Shown piece after piece: positions 18,112-26,984 of a stretch of DNA of 32,000 nt. Location of the stretch: NCBI GenBank assembly GCA_001695645.1, contig LVZN01000001.1, forward strand, positions 210,001 through 242,000. Reading direction: 5' to 3'. Origin of the DNA: Erysipelotrichaceae bacterium MTC7 (GTDB lineage Bacteria > Bacillota_I > Bacilli_A > Erysipelotrichales > Erysipelotrichaceae). The first letter of the stretch is position 1. Each line of letters opens with the position of its first letter. A program made the translations under genes and the position numbers. A model generated the notes under the pieces. It was not told where the DNA came from and ran no database searches. It saw only the letters and a program-made list of their open reading frames with translations.

Positions 18112-18146
18112 AAAGCCATTGGACCCCCACAGACCAATGGCTTTTT
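18112..18146. terminator. Terminator hairpin (second of a tandem pair downstream of the sugar operon)
   Basis: AAAGCCATTGG (18112-18122) pairs with CCAATGGCTTT (18134-18144). Both flanks are T/A rich. Confidence 0.65.
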
Positions 18147-18158
18147 ATAGAAACAAAG

Positions 18159-18197
18159 CATCCGTCCCAGTTGTTTTACCAAAGGACGGATGTTTTT
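18159..18197. terminator. Terminator hairpin immediately after the kinase-like gene
   Basis: CATCCGTCC (18159-18167) pairs with GGACGGATG (18184-18192). T5 follows on the + strand and CTTTGTTT follows on the - strand. Confidence 0.65.
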
Positions 18198-19101
18198 AGA
18201 TTACATAGGTATCACGTGCACCAACATACGCGCCATAACAAGGACCGTGTAACGGTGATACAACCGTAATTGCAGGATTGACCTTTGCTTTAAAGGCATC
18301 AAGTACCATTTCGGCATTCCACAAACTACCAGCATAACTTACTTGTGAAATTCCAGTTTGTTGGTACAAGGTGTTCACTAAACATGCTTGGTCACTTGCA
18401 GCTTGTTCAAAAATCACAAGTGCTGCAGGATCGTTTGCTTTTGCCATTTCGTATACATCAAGTGATAACTTGGCAATATTTTCCCTTTTGTTTTCCAAGG
18501 TATCAGAAACAAACGAAATCAAATCATAGGGACTCGTAAATTCATACTTGTTCATCATATAGGTGTATAGAAAGGTACGTTCTTTACGAAAGTCGGCTTG
18601 TTCACTAAATTCTTTAAGCTACATTTTGCCAACAGCATAGGCACTTCCTTCATCACCAATTTGATAGCCCCAACCTCCACACATGGTAAAGGTATCCCCA
18701 TTTTGAGCATAGGCAATGCTTCCAGTTCCTGCAATTGCTAGAATGCCATCTGCTCCATCAAAGGCACCAAACAAAGCAACTTGTCCATCGTTAAATACAA
18801 CATATGGAATCTCACCAAAGGCCTGTTTGCACACTGCATCGGTTTTTTCTTGCATGGTGGCATTGCCACCATAACCACCTAGTCCCAATCCAATATACAG
18901 TTGATAATCTTCTTCATGGGCAATCGCTTGTGTAACAAGTGCAAAGCCTTCTTTTAATAGGGCAACACTTTCCGCTTCACTTTTTTGCATGATATGAACA
19001 CTACCAAGTGTTGTACTCGCTAATTGATTTCCTCTTGCATCATAGATTGCAAACTGGGTTTTGGTGCCACCACCATCAATACCAATAATAAATGTTTTCA
19101 T
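18196..19101 (-). pseudogene. BadF/BadG/BcrA/BcrD-type ATPase (N-acetylglucosamine kinase-like) interrupted by one in-frame TAG
   Basis: MKTFIIGIDGGGTKT...AGTGS...GGWGYQIGDEGSAYAVGKM-TAG-LKEFSEQADFR... The two track ORFs (18619..19143 and 18196..18558) are in the same frame. I translated 18559-18618 by hand and found no other stop. The total of 300 sense codons equals the usual family length. Confidence 0.75.
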
Positions 19102-19108
19102 AAACGAC

Positions 19109-20203
19109 CTACTTATCAATCCGCAAGGTCGTTTTCGGATCAAAGAAATGCACTTTACTTAAATCAAATGTTAACTTCGTTTGGGTATGTGATTCGATAC
19201 CTAAACGTGTCGATACTTTGGCAATCAATTCTTGACCAAAGAACGAACCATGAAGAATGCTCTCGTGTCCAAGCAATTCACTAATATCTACTTGGAACAT
19301 AAAACTTGCACTTGGATAGGTTTCTTCTACGATTCCTTCACAGTAAATATCTTCTGGTCTTATCCCCATCACAACATCTTGATTTTCATATGCAGCTAGA
19401 TCACTAGCATACTTCTCAGGAAGCTCCATTTGTAAGTCCCCTACGATAAAGTGGTTGTCACTTACGTTTCCGTGCACAAAGTTTGTTGCAGGGCTTCCGA
19501 CAAATCCAGCAACGAACATGTTGGCTGGATTGTTATAGATTTCTTTTGGTGTTCCAATTTGTTGAATGTATCCATCTTTCATAACCACAATGCGTGTTGC
19601 CATTGTCATCGCTTCGGTTTGATCATGCGTTACATAAATGGTCGTTGCTCCTACCCGTTCGTGTAGTTTGATGATTTCTGAACGCATCGCTACACGTAGC
19701 TTGGCATCCAAGTTACTTAACGGTTCATCCATTAAGAACACTTCAGCATTTCTTACGATTGCGCGTCCCAACGCCACCCGTTGTCTTTGTCCACCAGATA
19801 GTGCTTTTGGTTTACGATCCAAATATTCTGTGATTTCTAATATCTTTGCAGCATCGCGTACACGTTGATCGATTTCTGCTTTTGGTACTTTGCGAATTTG
19901 TAGACCGAACGCCATATTATCATAGACACTCAAATGTGGATAAAGTGCGTACGATTGAAACACCATCGCGATGTCACGATCTTTTGGTAATACGTTATTC
20001 ATCTTTTCTTCATTGATGTAAAGTTCACCTGATGTGATATCTTCCAACCCAGCAATCATCCGCAGTGTTGTACTTTTCCCACAACCAGAAGGACCGACAA
20101 AGACAATGAACTCTTTATCTTGTATATCCAAGTTGAAATCAAAGACCGCTTGGACTTTATTATCATAAATCTTATTTATATCTTTTAATTTTAATGTAGC
20201 CAT
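19109..20203 (-). CDS. Sugar ABC transporter ATP-binding protein (MsmK/MsmX/UgpC/MalK family)
   Basis: GPSGCGKSTTLRMIAGLE, LSGGQRQRVALGRA, FLMDEPLSNLD, plus a C-terminal regulatory/TOBE-like domain. SD AGGAGGAG lies upstream. Confidence 0.9.
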   Translation of the reverse strand: MATLKLKDINKIYDNKVQAVFDFNLDIQDKEFIVFVGPSGCGKSTTLRMIAGLEDITSGELYINEEKMNNVLPKDRDIAMVFQSYALYPHLSVYDNMAFGLQIRKVPKAEIDQRVRDAAKILEITEYLDRKPKALSGGQRQRVALGRAIVRNAEVFLMDEPLSNLDAKLRVAMRSEIIKLHERVGATTIYVTHDQTEAMTMATRIVVMKDGYIQQIGTPKEIYNNPANMFVAGFVGSPATNFVHGNVSDNHFIVGDLQMELPEKYASDLAAYENQDVVMGIRPEDIYCEGIVEETYPSASFMFQVDISELLGHESILHGSFFGQELIAKVSTRLGIESHTQTKLTFDLSKVHFFDPKTTLRIDK

Positions 20204-20211
20204 AACTCCTC

Positions 20212-20382
20212 CTATTTGTAACGTCGGTTGTATATATACAACAAGATAAGCAATCCAGTTAGTCCCACAAGTTGAGTTACTAAGCCTGCATAACCAATAT
20301 ATTTTTGACCAATGATCACCATCGACAAACTAACGATAAAGCTTAGTGCAATGATGATGTGTTTCCATGTTTTATGTTCCAT
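20212..20382 (-). CDS. Unlisted 56-aa two-TM membrane peptide inside the sugar operon
   Basis: Hand translation gives MEHKTWKHIIIALSFIVSLSMVIIGQKYIGYAGLVTQLVGLTGLLILLYIYNRRYK. AGGTG lies 6 nt upstream of the ATG. The ORF fills the 188-nt gap between the permease and ATPase genes. It is below the track's length cutoff. Confidence 0.5.
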   Translation of the reverse strand: MEHKTWKHIIIALSFIVSLSMVIIGQKYIGYAGLVTQLVGLTGLLILLYIYNRRYK

Positions 20383-20391
20383 AGCTTGCAC

Positions 20392-21261
20392 CTAATCTTT
20401 CAATCCACCAAGGGTCATCCCTTGGGTTAATTTCTTTTGCACCATAATGTATAAAATAAGGGTTGGCAACATAACGATAACCAGTCCTGCATACATCGAG
20501 CCATAACTTGCTGCTGCTTTTTGACTTTGCATCAAATTAATCAAACCAACGGGTAATGTTTTACTTGTTCCTGGCATCAAGGTCAAGGCAATGATGTATT
20601 CATTCCAAAATGAGAGGAAGTTAAAAAGAATTACTGTAATGATACTTGGTTTTGCCATTGGTATCATAATTTTCACCATGGTCCGGAAATAGCCCGAACC
20701 ATCCATATACGCTGCTTCTTCATACGCTTTTGGCAAAGTTCGAAAATAACTCGTCAATAAATAGATGGTAAACGGCAAAGCTGTAGCTGCATATATCACA
20801 GCTAACACGAAGATATTATTTAAAAAGATGCGTTGACCAATGATTTGGGAAACACCTTTATCCCAACTTAGTAGCATTAAGAAAATTGGCACAACAATGT
20901 AATTGACATTGATAAACAATCCACTCATAAATCCTAAGTTTATGATCTTTTTCCCTTTAAACTTAAATCTAGCAAGAACATAGGCAGCAGGTAAGGCTAC
21001 AACAAGCAAGATGATTAGCCCAAGCCCAGTTGCAATAACAGAGTTAAGAAAGTACTCACCCATATTTGCCTTTTCAAAGGCATCCGCAAAGTTTTGAAGA
21101 TGCATTCCCAGCGGCATGGTCCATGGACTTCCATAGAATTCACTATCTTGTTTGATCGACGCAAGAAATACCCACACCACTGGTACAATAATAGATATGG
21201 CAAGTGTTAGTAAGGCTACATATATAAAGATTCGATACAAACGATTAGTTTTTTTATCCAT
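20392..21261 (-). CDS. Carbohydrate ABC transporter permease (MalG/BPD_transp_1 type)
   Basis: 289 aa, six TM segments, EAA-loop region (YEEAAYMDGSGYFRTMVKIMIPMAKP). Confidence 0.9.
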   Translation of the reverse strand: MDKKTNRLYRIFIYVALLTLAISIIVPVVWVFLASIKQDSEFYGSPWTMPLGMHLQNFADAFEKANMGEYFLNSVIATGLGLIILLVVALPAAYVLARFKFKGKKIINLGFMSGLFINVNYIVVPIFLMLLSWDKGVSQIIGQRIFLNNIFVLAVIYAATALPFTIYLLTSYFRTLPKAYEEAAYMDGSGYFRTMVKIMIPMAKPSIITVILFNFLSFWNEYIIALTLMPGTSKTLPVGLINLMQSQKAAASYGSMYAGLVIVMLPTLILYIMVQKKLTQGMTLGGLKD

Positions 21262-21272
21262 ACGATAACCTC

Positions 21273-22166
21273 CTAAAATTCCATATCATCACGAAGTGTG
21301 ATGTGATTGACAATAGCACTTAATGCAAATGAGAAAATAAAGACAATTGCACCAATCGCCATTCCATATCCATAGGTTGCATTGTCATAGGCTTGTCGAT
21401 ACAAGTAACTTAGAAATACTTCACTTGCCCCATCTGGACCCCCACCGGTCATAACTTTCACAAATAAGAAACTTAAGTTGATGGAACTGATAATATAGAA
21501 CGTAAGCGTTGTTCGTATATTCCCCCAAATTAACGGTAACGTGATTTTAAAGAATTGTTGGATCTTATTTGCCCCATCTAGTGAAGCTGATTCATACAGG
21601 TGTTCAGGAATACTAGACATACTTGCCATGTACATGACCATGTAGTATCCAATTGCTTGCCAAATCATTGTTCCAATAATTGCATAGATCACAATCGATT
21701 GGTCGCCTAGAAATTTGATTCCTTCCCAGTTCTCTGGTTTAAACAAACCAATGATACTGTTTAGTAATCCATTGCTTGGATCGTAGATGGCACTAAAGAT
21801 GGAAGAAATGACAACAACCGATAACACATTGGGAATGTAAAAGATAATGCGAAAGAAGTTTTCACCCTTTACTTTTTCTCGTGTTAGAATTGCCGCAAAA
21901 ACAACCGCAAAGATCAAAGTTATAATTGCCACCAAGACAATGATTAAGATGGTGTTTTGACATGAGCGTATAAAGTTCATGTCCTTAAATAAGATAAGGA
22001 AATTGTTGAATCCAACAAATTCCTGATTCGCTGATAATCCTCCCCACTTCAGTAACGACATACGAAATACATTTAGTGTAGGGAAGACCATAAAAATGGT
22101 AAATAATAGAATCGCTGGTGCTAAGCATAACCAGACAAAACGTCTTTCTTGTTTTCGATTGTTCAT
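21273..22166 (-). CDS. Carbohydrate ABC transporter permease (MalF type)
   Basis: 297 aa, six TM segments, EAA loop (YESASLDGANKIQQFFKITLPL). Confidence 0.9.
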   Translation of the reverse strand: MNNRKQERRFVWLCLAPAILLFTIFMVFPTLNVFRMSLLKWGGLSANQEFVGFNNFLILFKDMNFIRSCQNTILIIVLVAIITLIFAVVFAAILTREKVKGENFFRIIFYIPNVLSVVVISSIFSAIYDPSNGLLNSIIGLFKPENWEGIKFLGDQSIVIYAIIGTMIWQAIGYYMVMYMASMSSIPEHLYESASLDGANKIQQFFKITLPLIWGNIRTTLTFYIISSINLSFLFVKVMTGGGPDGASEVFLSYLYRQAYDNATYGYGMAIGAIVFIFSFALSAIVNHITLRDDMEF

Positions 22167-22180
22167 ATGTCTTCCTTTCT

Positions 22181-22209
22181 TAAAAAAATAGCGGTGTTGC
22201 CACCGCTAC
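22181..22209 (-). terminator. Intra-operon terminator/attenuator after the solute-binding protein gene
   Basis: TAGCGGTG (22189-22196) pairs with CACCGCTA (22201-22208) with a 4-nt loop, followed on the minus strand by T7 (22188-22182). This is the usual device for expressing the binding protein in excess over the permeases. Confidence 0.6.
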
Positions 22210-22212
22210 ATT

Positions 22213-23556
22213 TTATTTGTTTGCTTCAACAACTTTTTTTAATGCTGTAATAAATTCATCGTACCATTGGTCAACTGTTTTATCTTTTGTCATAACTGAG
22301 TTAACAGTTCCATATAAGATTCCTTCACCAGTTGTAAGGTCCACACCTTCTACTTGATTTTCAAGTGCCGCAAATCCAACTGCATTTGCTTTTGCTCCAT
22401 TGTCGTAGATTGAGTAGAACACTTTGTTGATGTCATCATCTTTAATGTTGTCTGATGCGTGAATGGTTGGCATTACAGCTGATTTACCTTTTGTATAGAA
22501 TAAGGTAGCTGCTTCATCTGAGTAACAGTATGCCATGAATTTCTTTGCAAGATCCACATTTGTTGCACCTTCAGGAATGTACATTTGTTCTGTGAATGTT
22601 GTCGAGTAAGCATCTCCATCAGCACTCACTTTTGGTAATGCCATCATGCCCCATTCAAAACCTTCAGCTCTTGGTGCTTTTTCCATTTCACCTGGTAACC
22701 AAGTACCATTTGGAATAAATAAGGCTTTGTTATCTAAAATTGCTTGTTGGTTTTTTGAGAAATCTGTACCATTTGCTTGTGCAACCGTGTTTGGTTCAAT
22801 GTAGTCTGCTAGTTTTCCAACCAATTCAAATGCTTGTTTAGCTTCTGCACTTTCCCATGTTTTTTCATCGTAGTGCATCATTTTTTCATATGCATCTGGT
22901 CCCGCTGTTTCATTCAACAATGCTGAGAAGAATGCATCAAAGTAACCAGTTGTTGGGTAGGTAAATAGTGAGATTCCTTCGGCTTTTGCTTTATCCCCTA
23001 AAGCAAACATTTCATCCCAAGTTGTTGGTACTTCCCAACCTTTTTCTTTAAATAATCCAGCGTTGTAGAACAAGCCACAAGGACTGTAGTTAAGTGGTGC
23101 TAAGTATAACTTTCCATCATCGTAAGGACGTAAGTTTAAAGCATCCGTAAATCCTGGAATGATGTTGTCTGAAACTTTTGTTTCTGTTCCTGGAATTGTC
23201 ATATCAAGTATATCATCAATCGGTTGGATTTGTTTTTCTTTCACCATCGTGTCAGTTAAACCACCTTCACCACCAATTGCTAGATAGATAATATCAGGAA
23301 TGTCTTCACCAGCTTGGATTCTTGGACGTAGAACATCGGAAATATTCTTTTCAAATTCCAACTCTACTTTCACGCCTTCCATTTCTTCGAACTTTTTGGC
23401 AACAGCTTCCCATCCGCCTGTACCAAAACCTCCATTAAGTCCGGCAATCTTTAAGACTTTTTCGTCCGTGTCAGCTTTTTTGTCTGAGCTTCCGCATCCT
23501 GCTAGCGCTGTTAACATAACGGCACTCACACAAGCTAACTTCATAAACTTTTTCAT
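22213..23556 (-). CDS. Extracellular solute-binding lipoprotein of the sugar ABC transporter (GNB/LNB-binding protein candidate)
   Basis: Start set at ATG 23556 (MKKFMKL; GGAGG 10 nt upstream). Lipobox LTALAGC. Family 1 solute-binding protein features. Confidence 0.85.
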   Translation of the reverse strand: MKKFMKLACVSAVMLTALAGCGSSDKKADTDEKVLKIAGLNGGFGTGGWEAVAKKFEEMEGVKVELEFEKNISDVLRPRIQAGEDIPDIIYLAIGGEGGLTDTMVKEKQIQPIDDILDMTIPGTETKVSDNIIPGFTDALNLRPYDDGKLYLAPLNYSPCGLFYNAGLFKEKGWEVPTTWDEMFALGDKAKAEGISLFTYPTTGYFDAFFSALLNETAGPDAYEKMMHYDEKTWESAEAKQAFELVGKLADYIEPNTVAQANGTDFSKNQQAILDNKALFIPNGTWLPGEMEKAPRAEGFEWGMMALPKVSADGDAYSTTFTEQMYIPEGATNVDLAKKFMAYCYSDEAATLFYTKGKSAVMPTIHASDNIKDDDINKVFYSIYDNGAKANAVGFAALENQVEGVDLTTGEGILYGTVNSVMTKDKTVDQWYDEFITALKKVVEANK

Positions 23557-23615
23557 TGATTCGTATCCTCCTTTTATTTGTATCAAATCAATCATCTACT
23601 GTAATCATAGTGTAA

Positions 23616-23629
23616 GTTAAGCGCTTACA
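23616..23629. promoter_or_regulatory. cre-like half-palindrome inside a 7-bp hairpin between the phosphorylase and binding-protein genes
   Basis: The minus strand reads TGTAAGCGCTTAAC, against the cre consensus TGNAANCGNWNNCW; the last two positions mismatch. It is embedded in the stem GTGTAAG (23610-23616) / CTTACAC (23624-23630). Confidence 0.3.
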
Positions 23630-23684
23630 CAATATAAGATATTGTCACGTATTTTATATATATTGATGACATATCCCAAGATTT

Positions 23685-25859
23685 CTAAAAATCATTTGGC
23701 ACATCAAACCAGAGTATTTCTGTTGGTTGTAAATGTACGTGATGTGTATTTCCTTTGGTAGTATAAATCGTTGCATCCTGTGCTTCGTATGTATTATTTA
23801 CCACGCAATAGCTTTTCGTTGATGGATACATATTGACCTCAACATTGTAGTTATCGGCATACCATTCGTAAATCTCATTTTCTTTGCCTGCTGCGTAGAA
23901 TAGACTACGATATAGCAATCTGGTGTTTTCAAAGTTGAATGGCAAACCACTCATATAAATGGCACGTCCTTTTCCATACTTGTGACTTGCAAGATTTACA
24001 CTTTTTCCAGTTGTTTTAATGACTTGCGTATCACGAAGCGCGTAGGCAAATTTCACCTTGCTTCCTAGATCAAGTTGTTCAGGTAACCCTTCTGTAATGA
24101 AGTGTTCTTGTTGCTGCCAGTTGTATTTATCATGCGATAGACTAAAACCAACTTCTTTGTCTATGCCTAAGACATCGTACAGCTGAAAGAAGTGACCTTC
24201 TTTTTGGTATGCACTTGGATCCCCAATTCCAATGAAACCATTTCCTTCATAAATAAACTGACGCAATTTTGTTACAATGGCTTCATTTTTCCAATATTTG
24301 CCACCTGAGAATGATGTATATGCATCCCCCACGTTAATGATGACTCCTGGTGTATCCAATAGATGTTCATCATCTAACAATTCATCAAAACTGATAAACT
24401 CTAAATCCACAGGCAATCCACTTAATGCTTCCAAGTAGCCTTCATAGCTATAATTGTCTTCATACGGGATGGCATGATGGACCATATGTGCACCCCATGA
24501 ACGTAACTTTCCATAGGAGTTTAAGACATAGACTTTAAATGGTACACAGTATGGTTGGACTTGATTGACCTTATCGTACAATTCACGAAATTCATCTGCG
24601 ACTTCTTTGACGTAGTCGATAAACTCGGGAAATTCCAAAGCAAGCTTCAAGTATCCACCATAACCAATGCGATCTACAGGTTTACGTAAGATGGCTCGTC
24701 GTGCAGTCACCCAATTCACCTTTGCTTCATGTAGTGGGTCCCCGCCTTCATGAAAGGTGTCCGGGAAAAAGTATGGTAGCAAGCGTCCTTCTGTGTATTT
24801 CACCCCAGGAATATCCGAAATGATTCGTAAGGTTGAACCATTCCCCACACTACCAACCACTGCATCAAGGCCTACGTTTTTAAAGTAGTTTCCATATGGT
24901 TCTGTACCAATCCAATGATCACCTAGAAACATCATCGCTTCTTTGCCAGCTTTATGTGTTAAATCCACAAATACTTTCATCAATTTGCTAACTTCGATTT
25001 GTTGGAATTCCATAAAGTCTTTATATTCTTTGGTTGGTACCACAAACTGTGAATTGTTATACCCTTGGTTAATGATAAATTCTGGACGGAATGGATATCC
25101 TGCCCAAGCTTCAAACTGTTCAAGGATGTAAGGAGAAACACTCGCATTATATCCAAACCATTCCACAAATGACTCACGTGCTTGTTCATCAAAGATGAGT
25201 GTAAACTGATGAAAAAATGTCGTAAATCGAATCACGTCAATTTCCGGATTGTCTTTTAAGTATTGTTTAAACTTCTCAATGACGTACGCTTGTGTTTTTG
25301 GTTGACGTACATCATAGGTCATCTGATGTTCTTCATCTTTCCAATCGTTGGTGATTGCATTGTACATATGTACTGGATCCCAAATGATATACGCTAGAAA
25401 GCTTACGGTATATGCATGATATGGGATCGCATCACCTATGATGACTTCACTTGTACTTGTATCAAATGTCCATTGTCCATAGGGAATGATATCTCCTGTT
25501 GTACGGTCAATGACTTCCCACCATTTCGCCATATCAATGTTGTCATTTGGTTGTAAAAGATCGTTATAGATGTACTTCATGATGTTAATATGCAACTTCT
25601 TGGAAGTTGCCGTTTCAAATTGTGACATCACGTATACTTGTTGAATTTCATCGGGATTCTTTCTTGCCCAATCATTATCTTTACGCGTCGTGTAGTACGT
25701 AGCGTATTTTTTTATATCCATACTTTTTAGTTCGTCTGGCATTACAGTTCCATCACAATCCCGTATGGCATCGCCACCCCAGTAGTCTATGATACGCACG
25801 GTTTCGCCGATCATATCGATGTCAGTTGGAACGGTCAATCGGCCTTTTTGTTTGCTCAC
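23685..25859 (-). CDS. gnpA: 1,3-beta-galactosyl-N-acetylhexosamine phosphorylase (GH112; galacto-N-biose/lacto-N-biose I phosphorylase)
   Basis: 724 aa. The N-terminus GRLTVPTD...WGGDAIRDCDGT parallels the bifidobacterial/clostridial enzyme, and the length is right. GTG start with AAGGAGGAG 5 nt upstream. Confidence 0.85.
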   Translation of the reverse strand: MSKQKGRLTVPTDIDMIGETVRIIDYWGGDAIRDCDGTVMPDELKSMDIKKYATYYTTRKDNDWARKNPDEIQQVYVMSQFETATSKKLHINIMKYIYNDLLQPNDNIDMAKWWEVIDRTTGDIIPYGQWTFDTSTSEVIIGDAIPYHAYTVSFLAYIIWDPVHMYNAITNDWKDEEHQMTYDVRQPKTQAYVIEKFKQYLKDNPEIDVIRFTTFFHQFTLIFDEQARESFVEWFGYNASVSPYILEQFEAWAGYPFRPEFIINQGYNNSQFVVPTKEYKDFMEFQQIEVSKLMKVFVDLTHKAGKEAMMFLGDHWIGTEPYGNYFKNVGLDAVVGSVGNGSTLRIISDIPGVKYTEGRLLPYFFPDTFHEGGDPLHEAKVNWVTARRAILRKPVDRIGYGGYLKLALEFPEFIDYVKEVADEFRELYDKVNQVQPYCVPFKVYVLNSYGKLRSWGAHMVHHAIPYEDNYSYEGYLEALSGLPVDLEFISFDELLDDEHLLDTPGVIINVGDAYTSFSGGKYWKNEAIVTKLRQFIYEGNGFIGIGDPSAYQKEGHFFQLYDVLGIDKEVGFSLSHDKYNWQQQEHFITEGLPEQLDLGSKVKFAYALRDTQVIKTTGKSVNLASHKYGKGRAIYMSGLPFNFENTRLLYRSLFYAAGKENEIYEWYADNYNVEVNMYPSTKSYCVVNNTYEAQDATIYTTKGNTHHVHLQPTEILWFDVPNDF

Positions 25860-25925
25860 AAGTTCTCCTCCTTAGCTTTACGAGTTCATCATACACAAAC
25901 AAATTCACCTACACAACCACCATTT

Positions 25926-25939
25926 TGTAAGCACTTACA
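25926..25939. promoter_or_regulatory. cre-like palindrome upstream of the GH112 operon
   Basis: TGTAAGCACTTACA has perfect 6-bp arms and one mismatch to the cre consensus (central CA instead of CG). It lies 67-80 nt upstream of the GTG start. Confidence 0.4.
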
Positions 25940-26042
25940 TAAAAAAGACAACATACCTAACATTCCATACGAAACAATCGATTTTTTTAACTTTTTTAGA
26001 TATATTGCTTAGTTTATAAAAACCAAGAAAACTGCTAAATGG

Positions 26043-26071
26043 TTGTTAGCTCGCAATAATTACCATATAAT
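26043..26071 (+). promoter_or_regulatory. Candidate sigma-A promoter of the AraC-family gene
   Basis: TTGTTA (26043-26048), a 17-nt spacer, then TATAAT (26066-26071), 24 nt before ATG 26096. Confidence 0.5.
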
Positions 26072-26095
26072 GAAGATACGGAGATAGGAGATTTT

Positions 26096-26950
26096 ATGAG
26101 CAATCATCGTTACCAATTCGAACGAAATAAAATTGAAAAGATGAATTTGAAACTACGTTATATCACTCACGCAGAAAGCGATGTGGATTGGCATAGTATC
26201 AAACATACCCATCACTTTACCGAAGTGTTTTTCATCGTGAATGGAGAGGGCGGCTTTCTTGTCGAAAACGAACGCTTCCCTGTGAAAGACGGCGATTTGA
26301 TCATTATCAATCCAAACGTTGCCCATACCGAAGAAGGACACGACAAAGGTGGCTTCGAATACATCGTTTTAGGGATTGAAGGAATGCAGTTTCTAAGTAA
26401 TGAAGCAGATTTAAGCTGTGATTATGTCTTATCAAATTTCGATCAAAACAAAGTGTTAATCTTACACTACTTAAATACGTTACTCCAAGAAATTCGTCAA
26501 AAGGATAACAACTATGAAATGATCATTCAGAATATTTTAGAGATCTTGATGGTTCAAATTGTGCGTAAAACAAACAATGCGATTTCTTATGTTGCAACCA
26601 AACGCATTTCTAAAGAGATCAAGCAAATCGAAGAGTATATCAACAATCACTTTGCAGAAGAAATATCCTTAGATACATTAAGTAAACTCACATACTTAAA
26701 CAAGTATTACATCATTCATGAGTTTAAAGAGTACAAAGGTGTTTCTCCCATCAACTTCTTAATTGCACGAAGAATTGATGAAGCGAAAAATTTACTGGCA
26801 ACAACAGATTACACCATCGCTAAGATCGGTGAATTAACCGGATTTTCTAGTCAGTCCTACTTTTCCCAAATTTTCAAAAAAGAAACAAACGTTTCACCTA
26901 ACCAATATCGTCGTGCTGCTTTAAAAAACGAAATAGATTTTGAATCATAA
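26096..26950 (+). CDS. AraC-family transcriptional regulator (cupin sensor plus HTH_18)
   Basis: N-terminal cupin-like region (HTHHFTEVFFIVNGEG...GDLIIINPNVAH) and a C-terminal double HTH (IAKIGELTGFSSQSYFSQIFKKETNVSPNQYR). Divergent from the sugar operon. Confidence 0.85.
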   Translation: MSNHRYQFERNKIEKMNLKLRYITHAESDVDWHSIKHTHHFTEVFFIVNGEGGFLVENERFPVKDGDLIIINPNVAHTEEGHDKGGFEYIVLGIEGMQFLSNEADLSCDYVLSNFDQNKVLILHYLNTLLQEIRQKDNNYEMIIQNILEILMVQIVRKTNNAISYVATKRISKEIKQIEEYINNHFAEEISLDTLSKLTYLNKYYIIHEFKEYKGVSPINFLIARRIDEAKNLLATTDYTIAKIGELTGFSSQSYFSQIFKKETNVSPNQYRRAALKNEIDFES

Positions 26951-26980
26951 AAACAGACACCTGGTTAGGTGTCTGTTTTT
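26950..26980. terminator. Bidirectional terminator after the AraC gene
   Basis: AAAACAGACACC (26950-26961) pairs with GGTGTCTGTTTT (26968-26979) with a 6-nt loop. Confidence 0.8.
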
Positions 26981-26984
26981 ATGA

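Noticed and set aside
18619-18621. The in-frame TAG read as pyrrolysine or another programmed recoding, or as a sign of an alternative genetic code.
   Set aside because: TAG terminates several well-supported genes here (malic enzyme at 329, ABC ATPase at 3160, ABC exporter at 12795, CNNM at 15640, nudC at 17038, asrC at 28529). No pyl genes are in the window. TGA is also used as a stop (fumarate hydratase alpha, addB), so neither code 4 nor stop reassignment is supported.
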